Source: Macrostomum lignano
Taxonomy: Eukaryota
NCBI GenBank assembly: GCA_002269645.1
Contig: NIVC01001102.1
Coordinates: forward strand, 124,001 to 188,000
Direction: 5' to 3'
Length of the DNA stretch: 64,000 bases
Part shown: in pieces, positions 39,585 to 52,000 of the stretch
Layout: the number at the start of each line of letters is the position of its first letter
Position numbering within the stretch: the first letter of the stretch is position 1
The notes under the pieces: generated by a model
What the model was told of the DNA's origin: nothing
Database searches by the model: none
Seen by the model: the letters and a program-made list of their open reading frames with translations, nothing else
Made by a program: the position numbers and the translations under genes

Positions 39585-40389
39585 TAAAGGTCACAGGAAC
39601 TATTCGGATAAATAATTTTGCTAATAACTAAGTGCGCCTGGCTGCGGCGCCAAAGATCTGCATGGGCGTGTGCATTAGATGAATTTTGTAAATTGTAATC
39701 CAACTTCTAGCTTGTAATCGAGCGAGTCTTCACTGCCGATGTAGCTTACGATAAAAAAAGCATTCGATTCTCATCAAGTGTGCTTGGCTTGTTTTTTCAC
39801 CATCATCTCGACTCACTGCTGGCTGCTGGCTTCCTTTGTCAGCGCCTCAAAGACAGTCTTTTAAAAAAAACCTTTTAACTCCTTGAGAACAAAACAAACG
39901 TGAAAACGGATGCATACAGCAGCTCGTTAACTTGAACTTGAATCGTAAGCATTTAACGATGAGAGAGGGTATTGCTATATTCTACTGCATCTCATGGTAT
40001 ATCTCTCTTTTCAACTCTTCTAACTTTACATGCAGCCTCCATCCTCTTTCTAACGGCTGGTTCCTATTATTTTTGACCTCATCATTACCACGGCAGTATC
40101 CAGCTTTTCTTCTGGGAACCGTTTCCGCTGGCGCGGCCCCATCGATCAAAGCCCCCTGTTAGTCGCCCGCCACTATAATGAGAGGTCAGGTCGGGTGTCG
40201 GGATTCTCGTTATAGCATGTTATACCAAGCTTTTTTCCCGAAAAGCTTTTTCAAAAGCTCACTCCAAAGGCATCATGACCCATGATAGGCAATTGTCATT
40301 TTTTTTAATACTTCACAAACTCTATAAATACAGGTATAGACTTGATTAACAGAATTTTTGCCATGGCTTGGATTTAACGTGAAGAGAAA

Positions 40390-43300
40390 ATGCTGGGAAT
40401 TCGCGAGCTAGCAGTTCTTCCCCTTCTTCTCGGCTGTTACTCAGGAATGGGGAACGGTAAGTTCTGTCTGTCTGTGTGATCGATACGCTAGTATGAGTTT
40501 GATAGAGCAGTGTTCGATAAACTCCGGCCCGTAGAGCCTCTCTATCCGGACCTCGGGTCCTTTAAAGCTTCACAATAGCAATCTGGCCTGCTCAAGGTTT
40601 GTGTCTCTTCTCTTTTCTCTCTCCTTTCATCTGGCCAATAAGGTAAAAAAAAACTTTTCCAACTTCTGCTACAGGTGTAGTATGATCTATAGTTTGTTAA
40701 ATATATTTGTGTATTTCAAACATCAAAATTATCACGAGATTAGAAACTAAAAACTACCAACAGAAAAAGAAATATGCTTTAATTCAAGGTTTTGAAGGTT
40801 CAGTATCGTTGAAAAATTAGTTTTACATGCTGTAATTATTGTATATGCGCTGGTTTCAGTAATAGTATAGAATAGTTTTTATATTCAATCTGGAATTAGT
40901 AAATATAGTAGAAAGAAGATTAACTTATTTTCGGTGCATACGAGACGTAATTTATAAACTGTTACACACAGAGTACACTGGTTGTTAGTTAAGCCAACTG
41001 GATGATCATTCGAATGCTCTTCAGCGCGGTTTTTATGGGTGCGGTGCCCAGCCAATGCATGGCTGAGCTGTGAATCACAGCAGAGTTGTGATAGACCCCG
41101 TTCGGATTGGAATAGCCGCAGTTCTTGAACCACCAGCCCGCGTTTCCGCGGCCATTGGAACAAGTGCCAGAGCCCCCATCGTTGTCGCGGTCCATGGTGG
41201 AGAACTGCATTCCATCCAGATTTTTAAGCGGGTTTTCGGTCGTGTTGGACCTGTCGCTCAAAAACGAAGTGTAGCTCATTTTGTAGTTTGTGCTGGCATC
41301 GGCCACAGAGAAGCCAAAGTGCTCGCTGACGTAGAGCTCATCCGACCAGGTGACGGCCTCGACTCGTAGAAGCTTTGGTGAGCTACCAGCAGTCAGCTCG
41401 TGGATTTTGCGAAGACCTAAAATTACAGTTGCTTTTGTTACTGCACAATTCTTGCACTTAATTATTGAATTAAAACAATTAACTGTGCTCACCGATCCAG
41501 AAGTCTGTCTCATCTCCAAATCCGTCCTCATACTGAGTCCATCCCCTGGCAAAGCTGAGATCGCCCTTCGACCTGTGCTGGATCACTTGGAATTTCTTGC
41601 CGTTAATCTCCACTAGAGTTTCTATAAAAGAAACACGAAATTCGATGTTCAAGCTAATTAACTACAAGCTACAGTTTATCCTTACAGATTTGTTTAAATC
41701 CCATTTAATTTCCCCACAACTCACTATCGCTGTCGATGCTCTTTCGATAAACCAAGCCGCTAGGATCGACGGATGCGAAGTCGGCATTTTGCGTCTCTGT
41801 GAGCAGGCAGACCTTACTCTCAGGGACAAAGGCGAAGGCGGAGCAAAATTTCATATGCGGGGGCTCGCATTTCAGCGCGCAGTCGGCAACGCTTCGACCA
41901 GGCTCTGACGTCATCGGAGCAGCTGTGGTTGGCGAGACCTCGGCAGAAGAAAGCACTGAAAAACAAATTATCTTCCAATTTTTCACTCATCAAGTAGGCT
42001 TTCAGCAAGCAAATTTTACAATGGACCTACCCGACTGTGCTGAGCTGGCGGCAGTCAGAATCGGAGACACGCAGTTCAAGAGAACTGCAGCAGCAATAAG
42101 AAAAGCAGACATGTTGCAGAAGAAAGCTACCAAAAGCACAAGCGAAGCCTTGCTCTTTTTGGGGCTGGCTTAAGTTGGCATTCTTATTTGCAGCTAGAAA
42201 GCCTACTATACAGCAGCGCCAATTAGCTGAAAACCGCATGCTGCTTGAGTCGTTGCGTTGCTAAGCAAGGATTCCAAAAAAACATCCATATCAGTATCAC
42301 CCTCCCTCGGCCCGGCTTCCCTTTTGTCCATGACGCTCGCTCAGCACTAACTATAGTGTGGCTTCCATTTTAAGACTGAGTCGAAATTTGCTTTGCAGAT
42401 TTCGTGAGTAAATGCCAATTAAGCAAACTGGTAAATATGCCTTCACTGCTTAAGAACCTGCCGTTAAGCATCTTTGTAGGCTTCACCAAGTCATCCTCAG
42501 CAGCTATAGGTTGGCTACCCCATTCAAATACTGAAACTTGCCAAGGAGATTCCGGGAATAGCTGCATCTAGGTCTGCATTGATGCCAATTAAGGAAACTA
42601 CCAGCAAAGAATGCAGACTAGTTGAGACCTATCTATAAGGCCCAAAAAGTTAAAACGCACAAAAAGCTCAACTGCTGTGCTTAGACAAATACGGTTGAGA
42701 ACACACGCCCTTCTCTGCTTCTGTTATCCATTGCCTATCCTAGTTGAGGCCCCTGTCTCCAGGTGGAAAACCCTGTCTCTTGGTGTGTGCCCCTGTCTCT
42801 TAAGGTGGGTGCCCCTGTCTCTTGGTGGGTGCCCCTGTCTCTTGGTGGGTGGCCCCTGTCTCTTGGTGGGCGCCCCTGTCTCTTGGTGGGCGCCCCTGTC
42901 TCTTGGTGGGCGCCCCTGTCTCTTGGTGGGCGCCCCTGTCTCTTGGTAAGCGCCCCTGTCTCTTGGTGAGTGGCTCCTGTCTCTTGGTGGGCGCCCCTGT
43001 CTCTTGGTGGGTGGCCCCTGTCTCTTGGTGAGTGGCCCCTGTCTCTTGGTTGGTGGCCCTGTCTCCTGGTGGATGCACCTGAAAAAATGAATGTCTTATA
43101 TGTACTTGCGCAAGCAAACTTATCTACTTACATGTAAAGCTGCATTGCTTGAATTTTTCACCAATGTTTCAGCTAAACGTACTCGCAATTGCCAATTGCC
43201 AATCAATGCTGAAATAAAGTATTGATACGTACGACATTACGGTTCTAGGTGAATTAAATTAGACCAATGGAGGTCATATTGGATCTTAGAATCACACTTC

Positions 43301-44742
43301 CTTCTACCAGAGACATACAATTTTTCTGTTGGGGCGCAAGTTAAATTTAAGTGGGCTAGCCGGCACCAGGGTCTTCAGCACCAGGGGCTTTAGCATCAGG
43401 ATCTTAGCACCAGGGGCTTTAGCACCAGGGGCTTTAGCACCAGGGGCTTTAGCACCAGGGGCTTTAGCACCAGGGGCTTTAGCACCAGGGGCTTTAGCAC
43501 CAGGGGCTTTAGCACCAGGGGCTTTAGCACCAGGGGCTTTAGCACCAGGGGCTTTAGCACCAGGGGCTTTAGCACCAGGGGCTTTAGCACCAGGGGCTTT
43601 AGCACCAGGGGCTTTAGCACCAGGGGCTTTAGCACCAGGGGCTTTAGCACCAGGGGCTTTAGCACCAGGGGCTTTAGCACCAGGGGCTTTAGCACCAGGG
43701 GCTTTAGCACCAGGGGCTTTAGCACCAGGGGCATCAGGATTAACATCATGATTTAAATTCTACTTTCAGACAGCAGCTCAGGCCGTTACGGCTCTATCCA
43801 GGATGCCGTGATCAACGTGACCGGCTGCTACCGTATCGAGGTGGTCGGAGCTAATGGTGGGAACAACTCGAATGTTGACTCTTCAGGTGGCTCCGGAGCT
43901 GCGATCTCGGGAAATTTCAACCTAACGGCCGGAAATCTGCTGAAAATTGTTGTTGGACAGGCCGGGGGAGCCGCGATGTTTTCTTGTGGCGGCGGCGGCG
44001 GCGGTGGCAGCTTCGTGTACACTGCAATTGGCAGCTCCCTGCTGATTGCTGCTGGCGGCGGAGGCGGTGCAACAGGCTTTACACCAGGTGAAAGGAAACT
44101 CATAATTCTCAATACCGAAAACACGCAGTGCTTGGCCTTCAAACAATATCCATAGAGTTTACCTGCATTATCTTTTGCTATCGTTAGTAACGAGTTTGCA
44201 AGATTTTATTACGTCTTTAACTCACTTCACTTCAAGGTTGCAACGGAGAGACAAAATCGAATGGAAGCGATGAAAAAGAGCTTGACGGCAAAAATGCCAC
44301 GGGATTCGGGGGTGTCAACGGTCAGCCTGGCTGGAACAATCCCAACGTCACGCCTGGCTTCAGCAACCACGGCGGCTGCGGCGCCGGCTGGCTCGGCCGG
44401 CCAGTCAAACCGAGGCGAGGCTCCAGCGACGGCGAGCGAGGCGGCGGTCTGGCTGAAAGCTGGGTCGGTGGCGTTGCCGGAGATGGAAGCTATGATTGCG
44501 GAGACGGAGGCTTCGGATGCGGCGGCGGCGGCGGCGGCAGTGGATCGGGATTCGGAGCTGCCGGTGGCGGCGGTGGTTTCAGCGGCGGCGGTGCGTCCTT
44601 AAACGGCGATAACGGCGGAGGCGGCGGCGGCGGCTCATTCTGCGGCGGCAGCGACTGCGCCGGCATCGCTGGCGGTAACACGGCCGAGCAGGGACGAGTG
44701 ACACTGCAGCTGTTGGTACCGGTTGCTGACTGCTGCGGTTGA
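40390..44742 (+). CDS. Secreted ALK/LTK-like glycine-rich-domain protein, copy 1 (signal peptide plus GRD, ~296 aa; exon 1 is tentative)
   Basis: Exons 40390-40456 ([28 protein letters not shown] donor, phase 1), 43770-44087 and 44237-44742. The last exon is open but is missing from the ORF track in its coding frame. GRD motifs: [82 protein letters not shown] and GRVTL. Confidence 0.8.
40989..42112 (-). CDS. Secreted PAN/apple plus fibrinogen C-terminal (FReD) protein, 4 exons, ~289 aa
   Basis: Exons 42112-42031 (signal [21 protein letters not shown]), 41955-41725 (PAN: [21 protein letters not shown]), 41621-41493 ([24 protein letters not shown]...FWIG) and 41416-40989 ([12 protein letters not shown]...CS...GWWFKNC..SNPNGVY...HW). 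All introns are phase 1. Confidence 0.92.
42745..43075. repeat. 20-bp minisatellite (CCCCTGTCTCTTGGTGGGCG)
   Basis: About 16 units; related units occur on the opposite strand at 48270-48400. Confidence 0.92.
43360..43735. repeat. 15-bp minisatellite (CACCAGGGGCTTTAG), highly homogeneous, ending ~35 bp before a GRD exon
   Basis: About 24 units, most of them identical. Confidence 0.97.
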
Positions 44743-45029
44743 GTCGAGTGGCGCAATGAAAAATCAAACAGCTGATAATCTTAAAACTTATCTAACAAGT
44801 TTAACTTTGAATTATACTCAGCAGTGTCAGCAAGCATACAAATTATTGGAGTCACTATAGTAAGTTCTTTATTTCGATTTACATGATGTTCATAAGAGAG
44901 CAATTATGTCAGAGTGCAGACGTCAAAGGCACAATGGAATGACGAGACTTTATATAATAGTCGACTCACGTATTTAAGGCATGCATATAAAGAATTATAG
45001 CTACGATTGGCGTCATAAACAAGCTCATA

Positions 45030-47290
45030 AACACACTCGATCACACTCATAAGCACACTCATGCACTCACTTGTTAACACACCCATAAACACACTCATGT
45101 ACTCACTTGTAAACACATTCAAAAACACACTCATGCACTCACTTGTAAACACATTCATAAACACACTCATGCACTCACTTGTTAACACACCCATAAACAC
45201 ACTCATGTACTCACTTGTAAACACATTCATAAACACACTCATGCACTCACTTGTAAACACATTTATAAACACACTCATGCACTCACTTATAAACACACCC
45301 ATAAACACACTCATGTACTCACTTGTAAACACATTCATGAAGTCACTTATAAACACACCCATAAACACACTCATGTACTCACTTGTAAACACATTCATAA
45401 ACACACTCATGCACTCACTTGTAAACACATTCATAAACACACTCATGCACTCACTTGTTAACACACCCATAAACACACTCATGTACTCACTTGTAAACAC
45501 ATTCATAAACACACTCATGCACTCACTTGTAAACACATTCATAAACACACTCATGCACTCACTTGTTAACACACCCATAAACACACTCATGTACTCACTT
45601 GTAAACACATTCATAAACACACTCATGCACTCACTTGTAAACACATTTATAAACACACTCATGCACTCACTTATAAACACACCCATAAACACACTCATGT
45701 ACTCACTTGTAAACACATTCATGAAGTCACTTATAAACACACCCATAAACACACTCATGTACTCACTTGTAAACACATTCATAAACACACTCATGCACTC
45801 ACTTATAAACACACCCATAAACACACTCATGTACTCACTTGTAAACACATTCATGAAGTCACTTATAAACACACTCATAAACACACTCATGCACTCACTT
45901 GTAAACACATTCATAAACACACTCATGCACTCACTTGTAAACACATTCATAAACACACTCATGCACTCACTTGTTAACACACCCATAAACACACTCATGT
46001 ACTCACTTGTAAACACATTCATGAAGTCACTTATAAACACACCCATAAACACACTCATGTACTCACTTGTAAACACATTCATAAACACACTCATGCACTC
46101 ACTTATAAACACACCCATAAACACACTCATGTACTCACTTGTAAACACATTCATGAAGTCACTTATAAACACACCCATAAACACACTCATGTACTCACTT
46201 GTAAACACATTCATAAACACACTCATGCACTCACTTATAAACACACCCATAAACACACTCATGTACTCACTTGTAAACACATTCATAAACACACTCATGC
46301 ACTCACTTATAAACACACCCATAAACACACTCATGTACTCACTTGTAAACACATTCATGAAGTCACTTATAAACACACCCATAAACACACTCATGCACTC
46401 ACTTGTAAACACATTCATAAACACACTCATGCACTCACTTATAAACACACCCATAAACACACTCATGTACTCACTTGTAAACACATTCATGAAGTCACTT
46501 ATAAACACACCCATAAACACACTCATGCACTCACTTGTAAACACATTCATAAACACACTCATGCACTCACTTATAAACACACCCATAAACACACTCATGT
46601 ACTCACTTGTAAACACATTCATGAAGTCACTTATAAACACACCCATAAACACACTCATGCACTCACTTGTAAACACATTCATAAACACACTCATGCACTC
46701 ACTTATAAACACACCCATAAACACACTCATGTACTCACTTGTAAACACATTCATGAAGTCACTTATAAACACACCCATAAACACACTCATGCACTCACTT
46801 GTAAACACATTCATAAACACACTCATGCACTCACTTATAAACACACCCATAAACACACTCATGTACTCACTTGTAAACACATTCATGAAGTCACTTATAA
46901 ACACACCCATAAACACACTCATGCACTCACTTGTAAACACATTCATAAACACACTCATGCACTCACTTATAAACACACCCATAAACACACTCATGTACTC
47001 ACTTGTAAACACATTCATGAAGTCACTTATAAACACACCCATAAACACACTCATGCACTCACTTATAAGCACACCCATAAACACACTCACGCACTCACTT
47101 ATAAACACACCCATAAACACACTCATGCACTCACTTATAAACACACCCATAAACACACTCATGCACTCACTTATAAACACACCCATAAACACACTCATGC
47201 ACTCACTTATAAACACACCCATAAACACACTCATGCACTCACTTATAAACACACCCATAAACACACTCACGCACTCACTTGTAAACATAC
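45030..47290. repeat. 2.2-kb satellite of 36-bp and 24-bp monomers with higher-order structure
   Basis: Monomers ATAAACACACTCATGCACTCACTTGTAAACACATTC (36 bp) and ATGAAGTCACTTATAAACACACCC (24 bp); a 132-bp higher-order unit repeats in the distal half. Confidence 0.95.
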
Positions 47291-48269
47291 TAAAAAAACT
47301 AACTTACAAACTCAGAACCAGACAGACATGTTGAACAATCTGTTGCAGTTTAAGTTGCATAGAAGCTTTGTATAATGTACTGTATGTGAAATTAACTTGT
47401 ATTTCTGGTTCCATCCAGTCATCTCCTACATGCACGTTTGTCAAAAAACAACCGGTAACCGGGTACTTGCTAAGTGCAGATTTTCCAATAAAAAGACAAA
47501 CTACATGCAAGGAATGGGGTAGGTATGAACACACATCATGCACTTTCGTTTGAGACAATCTGCACGCTGCTACTGCATGACCACTGACGTTTTCGGTTTT
47601 TCACCTTTTGAGGATTGCAAAGATTTCACCTTTGAGACATGTATTTCTGTCAGTTTGTCTGCAGCACGTGTCAGACGTGCATGAACTAACTAATTGTAAC
47701 CTGAACTCATGCTTTTCTGACATGATGCGACCTGAACCCATCAATAGCGATCGGTCGCATGAATTCACAACGTCGTACTGGATGCCTTTCTGTTAAATGA
47801 AATTTAAAGGCTTGATTAAAGTTTAAGTGCATAAGGTGAAGGATTTGTCTATCAAATTTGGGCCAAAAAATTTTGAGATATTTGTACTGGACCGTTTAAA
47901 AAATCTTTGGTATATAAATATAGCCTAGCTCTAAAATGTTAATTTAATATTGAACGTTCAAAAGTACAGTTATCTTTTCTATACGGTTCATGCGGTTTCG
48001 CCGTAGAAAAGTCAGGTCAGGTCAAGAAATTTTGTTTGTCGAGAGACTTCCCTATCTCGCTGATGCAATATGCAGCAGAGAACCGCGCGGCTTCCAGCGA
48101 AATTTTTATCATATACGTGTGCTGTTTCTTTCAACTTCAGCTGTCCAAATGCCCAAAGTACCCTCGTAAGTACACATTAGCGAGGTAGTTCGATCTCGCT
48201 ATAGTGGCACACGCAAAAGGGACAGGGAGGTCACCCCACCACCACAAATTTGCCCTCGCCCACAGATAG

Positions 48270-48400
48270 AGAGGCGCCCACCAAGAGACAGGGGGATCCA
48301 CCAAGAGACAGGCCGGGTGGCCACCAAGAGACAGGGATGTCCACCAAGAGAAAGGGGTGTCCATTCAGAGACATTGCCACATTGGGCGCTCACCAAAGAC
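48270..48400. repeat. Short array of the CACCAAGAGACAGGGG family
   Basis: Reverse complement of the 42745-43075 unit. Confidence 0.8.
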
Positions 48401-49044
48401 ACTAAATACTGCCTCCCTCATGCTTGCGACCCTATCCAATTAGACCTGTTCTACTAACAGTAGTAAAAATGAATTCTAACAAATTATTTTTGATTATGAG
48501 CTCTACCACATTGTCAGCTGCATCCCTTCTCTGCATTTAGACTGCCGTGCAGAACTGCAAAACAAAATACATTTAGATGTAGCAATACTTTATATTAACA
48601 GCTTACAGTCAGAAAGACAATTTTCTTACAGACTATATTCTTCTGAATTGAGGGAAGCGAAACTTCTCAAGCAAACCTCTTCAAAGAAAAAACAGAGGCT
48701 TTAGGAAGTTGCCTCAACAAAAGACATCTCACTAAGCGCACTGCAGCTTCTAGTAGACATTCAGGCAAGTATGACAAGGGTGCGCTTCACAATGGGACAG
48801 AAGTTTTATTTTAAGAAGTTTTTCGCGCTTTCAAGTTGACTAGCAGCTTAGGTCTATGCAGCCAATGAGAATTAACAAATTCCTTCTGTCTATCTAGTAG
48901 AAACAGTAGACAAGATCCATGAATATTGTCTTGGTAAAAAACATAAAAACAGGCACGCATCCTATGACATTTAGAATCTCTAAATTCTAAGTTAACTATC
49001 TTCTACATATGTACTTCAAAACTAATTAATAAGGCTAACAAGCC

Positions 49045-52000
49045 ATGAATTCGCACACTATGATATTGCATCTCGAACTGGTGATGCTATGGTGCCTCGG
49101 AAACACTGCAACAGCAATTGGGAAAGGTATGTTGCATACGCAATGTAGATAAAACAATCATATAGAAGCGACTTCTAAAAACTATACAGGTGAAAACCAC
49201 ATCTGTGTTTCAGAGTCATGCTCAAAGTACACTCGAAACCCAAGCGCTATGCCATTCCCCACGGCTGCCATGAGCAGCAATGTCGCCAACTTCACGGACG
49301 TGCCGACAGATTTGGACTGTGTGAACAGGTGCCGGCTGAGAAAGTGCTCAGTTGCCGTGTTCGTCCCAACAAGTAGCATCTGTCAGCTGGCATTTGCCTC
49401 CGACATCAATGGGAGTTACGTGATGCGATCGCTGGGCTCGGAGGTCGGCGCGAGCGTTTGGACAGCGGAGGGAACCGATGAGAAGCTGCGGATTTTGATG
49501 CAGCAGCTGATTCAGAATAATACTGCGGCTTTGAAAAGTGAGACAAGCAGACAGGGGCGTCGCCAATAAGGGGCATAGGGACATGACCCCCCAGTAAAAG
49601 CTATGGGGCCTGCCAATCATTCTTTGTCCCCCCCCCTGCCCCACATTGTGAACCGTAATTGAAGTCAATGATTTTGCCTCAGAGCGCCTAGACATAGGCG
49701 CCTAAATACAAAGTGTGTCTGCGGCGAAAAAATGAGTGCTTTGTCTGCGGCGCCAAAATTAGTGCCTGCCTGCGGCGCCAAAATAAGTGCTTGCCTGAAG
49801 CGCCGAAATTAATGCTTGCGGTGCCAAAATGAGTGCCTGAGGCGCAAAAATTAGTGCTTTGCCTGCGGCGACAAAATGAATGCCTGCCTGCGGCGCCAAA
49901 ATGAGTGCCTGCCTGCGGCGCCAAAATGAGTGCCTGCCTGCGGCGCCAAAATGAGTGCCTGCTTGCGGTGCCAAAATGAGTGCCTGCCTGCGGCGCCAAA
50001 ATAAGTGCCTGTCTGAGGCGCCAAAATGAGTGCCTGCCTGCGGCGCCAAAATGAGTGCCTGTCTGAGGCGCCAAAATGAGTGCCTGCCTGCGGCGCCAAA
50101 ATGAGTGCCTGTCTGAGGCGCCAAAATGAGTGCCTGCCTGCGGCGCCAAAATGAGTGCCTGCCTGCGGCGCCAAAATGAGTGCCTGTCTGAGGCGCCAAA
50201 ATGAGTGCCTGCCTGCGGCGCCAAAATGAGTGCCTGCTTGCGGCGCCAAAATGAGTGCCTGTCTGAGGCGCCAAAATGAGTGCCTGCCTGCGGCGCCAAA
50301 ATGAGTGCCTGCCTGCGGCGCCAAAATGAGTGCCTGTCTGAGGCGCCAAAATGAGTGCCTGCCTGCGGCGCCAAAATGAGTGCCTGCCTGCGGCGCCAAA
50401 ATGAGTGCCTGTCTGAGGCGCCAAAATGAGTGCCTGCCTGCGGCGCCAAAATGAGTGCCTGTCTGAGGCGCCAAAATGAGTGCCTGCCTGCGGCGCCAAA
50501 ATAAGTGCCTGCTTGCGGCGCCAAAATGAGTGCCCGAGGCGCCAAAATGAGTGCCTGCCTGCGGCGCCAAAATGAGTGCCTGTCTGAGGCGCCAAAATGA
50601 GTGCCTGCCTGCGGCGCCAAAATGAGTGCCTGTCTGAGGCGCCAAAATGAGTGCCTGCCTGCGGCGCCAAAATAAGTGCCTGCTTGCGGCGCCAAAATGA
50701 GTGCCCGAGGCGCCAAAATGAGTGCCTGCCTGCGGCGCCAAAATGAGTGCCTGTCTGAGGCGCCAAAATGAGTGCCTGCCTGCGGCGCCAAAATAAGTGC
50801 CTGCTTGCGGCGCCAAAATGAGTGCCCGAGGCGCCAAAATGAGTGCCCGAGGCGCCAAAATGAGTGCCCGAGGCGCCAAAATGAGTGCCCGAGGCGCCAA
50901 AATGAGTGCCTGAGGCGCCAAAAAATAAGTGCTACTAGCAACGCCGATTCCCAAAATATGTAGGAATTTTGTGCGTAGAATTGTCGCCTTTGTCCTCCGC
51001 AACCATAAAATCCATGGCGACGCCCCCGCATACATGCACAGGTATTGTATTGGTCAGTTAAACTTAGGAATCTATCAATAAGACTCCATGCATGTATTAC
51101 CAGCTCAAATTGAGACAGGTCAATATCCTTCATTAATTTGCGAAAAGGACCAAGTTTTTATTCTGGATTATCGTACTACAGCTACTAGATCCTATATACT
51201 AAAAGTACACTTTGATGTGGTTGAGGTACATATATCTAATAATTAATACACTTCTCCCAAAACCGAATGCAAGACAGCGACTCAGGCAGAAGGGGCTCCA
51301 TCCAGCTCGCTGTGATCAACGTGACCGGCTGCTACCGCATCAAAGCGACCGGCGCCAAAGGCGGCGACAACCCATGGGGCAGACCCGGCGGATTCGGAGC
51401 TTCTGTCAATGGTACTTTCGCCTTGACAGCTGGAACCGTTCTGAGCATTGTCGTGGGACAGGCTGTGGCCCGGCCGCTTCTGGTTATGCCGCAGGCGGTG
51501 GAGGAGGCGGCAGCTTCGTCTACCGGGCTGGGGACGCCCGACCGCTGATCGCGGCAGGCGGCGGCGGAGGCGCCGGATATGCCCGCATCGGTGAGTGAGA
51601 ACTTTACTATTAAAGCCGCTCTTAGAGATTCACCAGTTGAGATTGGGTTTTTGCTCTTGATCGACGTCCTTACATGTTACGAGCGTATGTGCGCACAGCT
51701 GGGTGAACTGAAGCAATGCAGAGTTGCAAAGTCTAGATGAAGGACACAATTGTTACAGTGGGATCTGGAATCGCGAATCCCCGACCTTCAAGTCATAAGT
51801 CATACGGTCTAACCACAAAGGAGGCGACAGCAGCCGCTGTCGAACCCGACGCCACCCGCTGGCGACCCCCCAGTCCTTGGACTGAACAGCCGTACGCAGC
51901 CTTCGATGCGCCGCGCAATAGCTGCGGCTGAGCTGTCGGTTGCACATCTGGCCCAATCAATTATTATTATGTGCGCACCTTACTACTGACGAGGGCGCCT

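Noticed and set aside
41799-42173. 124-aa plus-strand ORF as a missing exon of GRD gene 1
   Set aside because: It is the antisense shadow of the FReD signal and PAN exons, with no recognisable domain.
43329-43751. Elastin-like (APGAL)n ORF
   Set aside because: It is a homogeneous 15-bp intronic array with no synonymous variation.
44261-44767. Ala/Pro-rich ORFs in the track (also 52230-52788)
   Set aside because: They are alternative-frame or antisense readings of the Gly-rich exons.
44904-47334. 757-aa and 794-aa ORFs
   Set aside because: They are translations of the satellite, with no non-repetitive domain or splice context.
49688-51133. RQALILAPQAGTHFGA-repeat ORFs
   Set aside because: They derive from the 25-bp minisatellite inside an intron.
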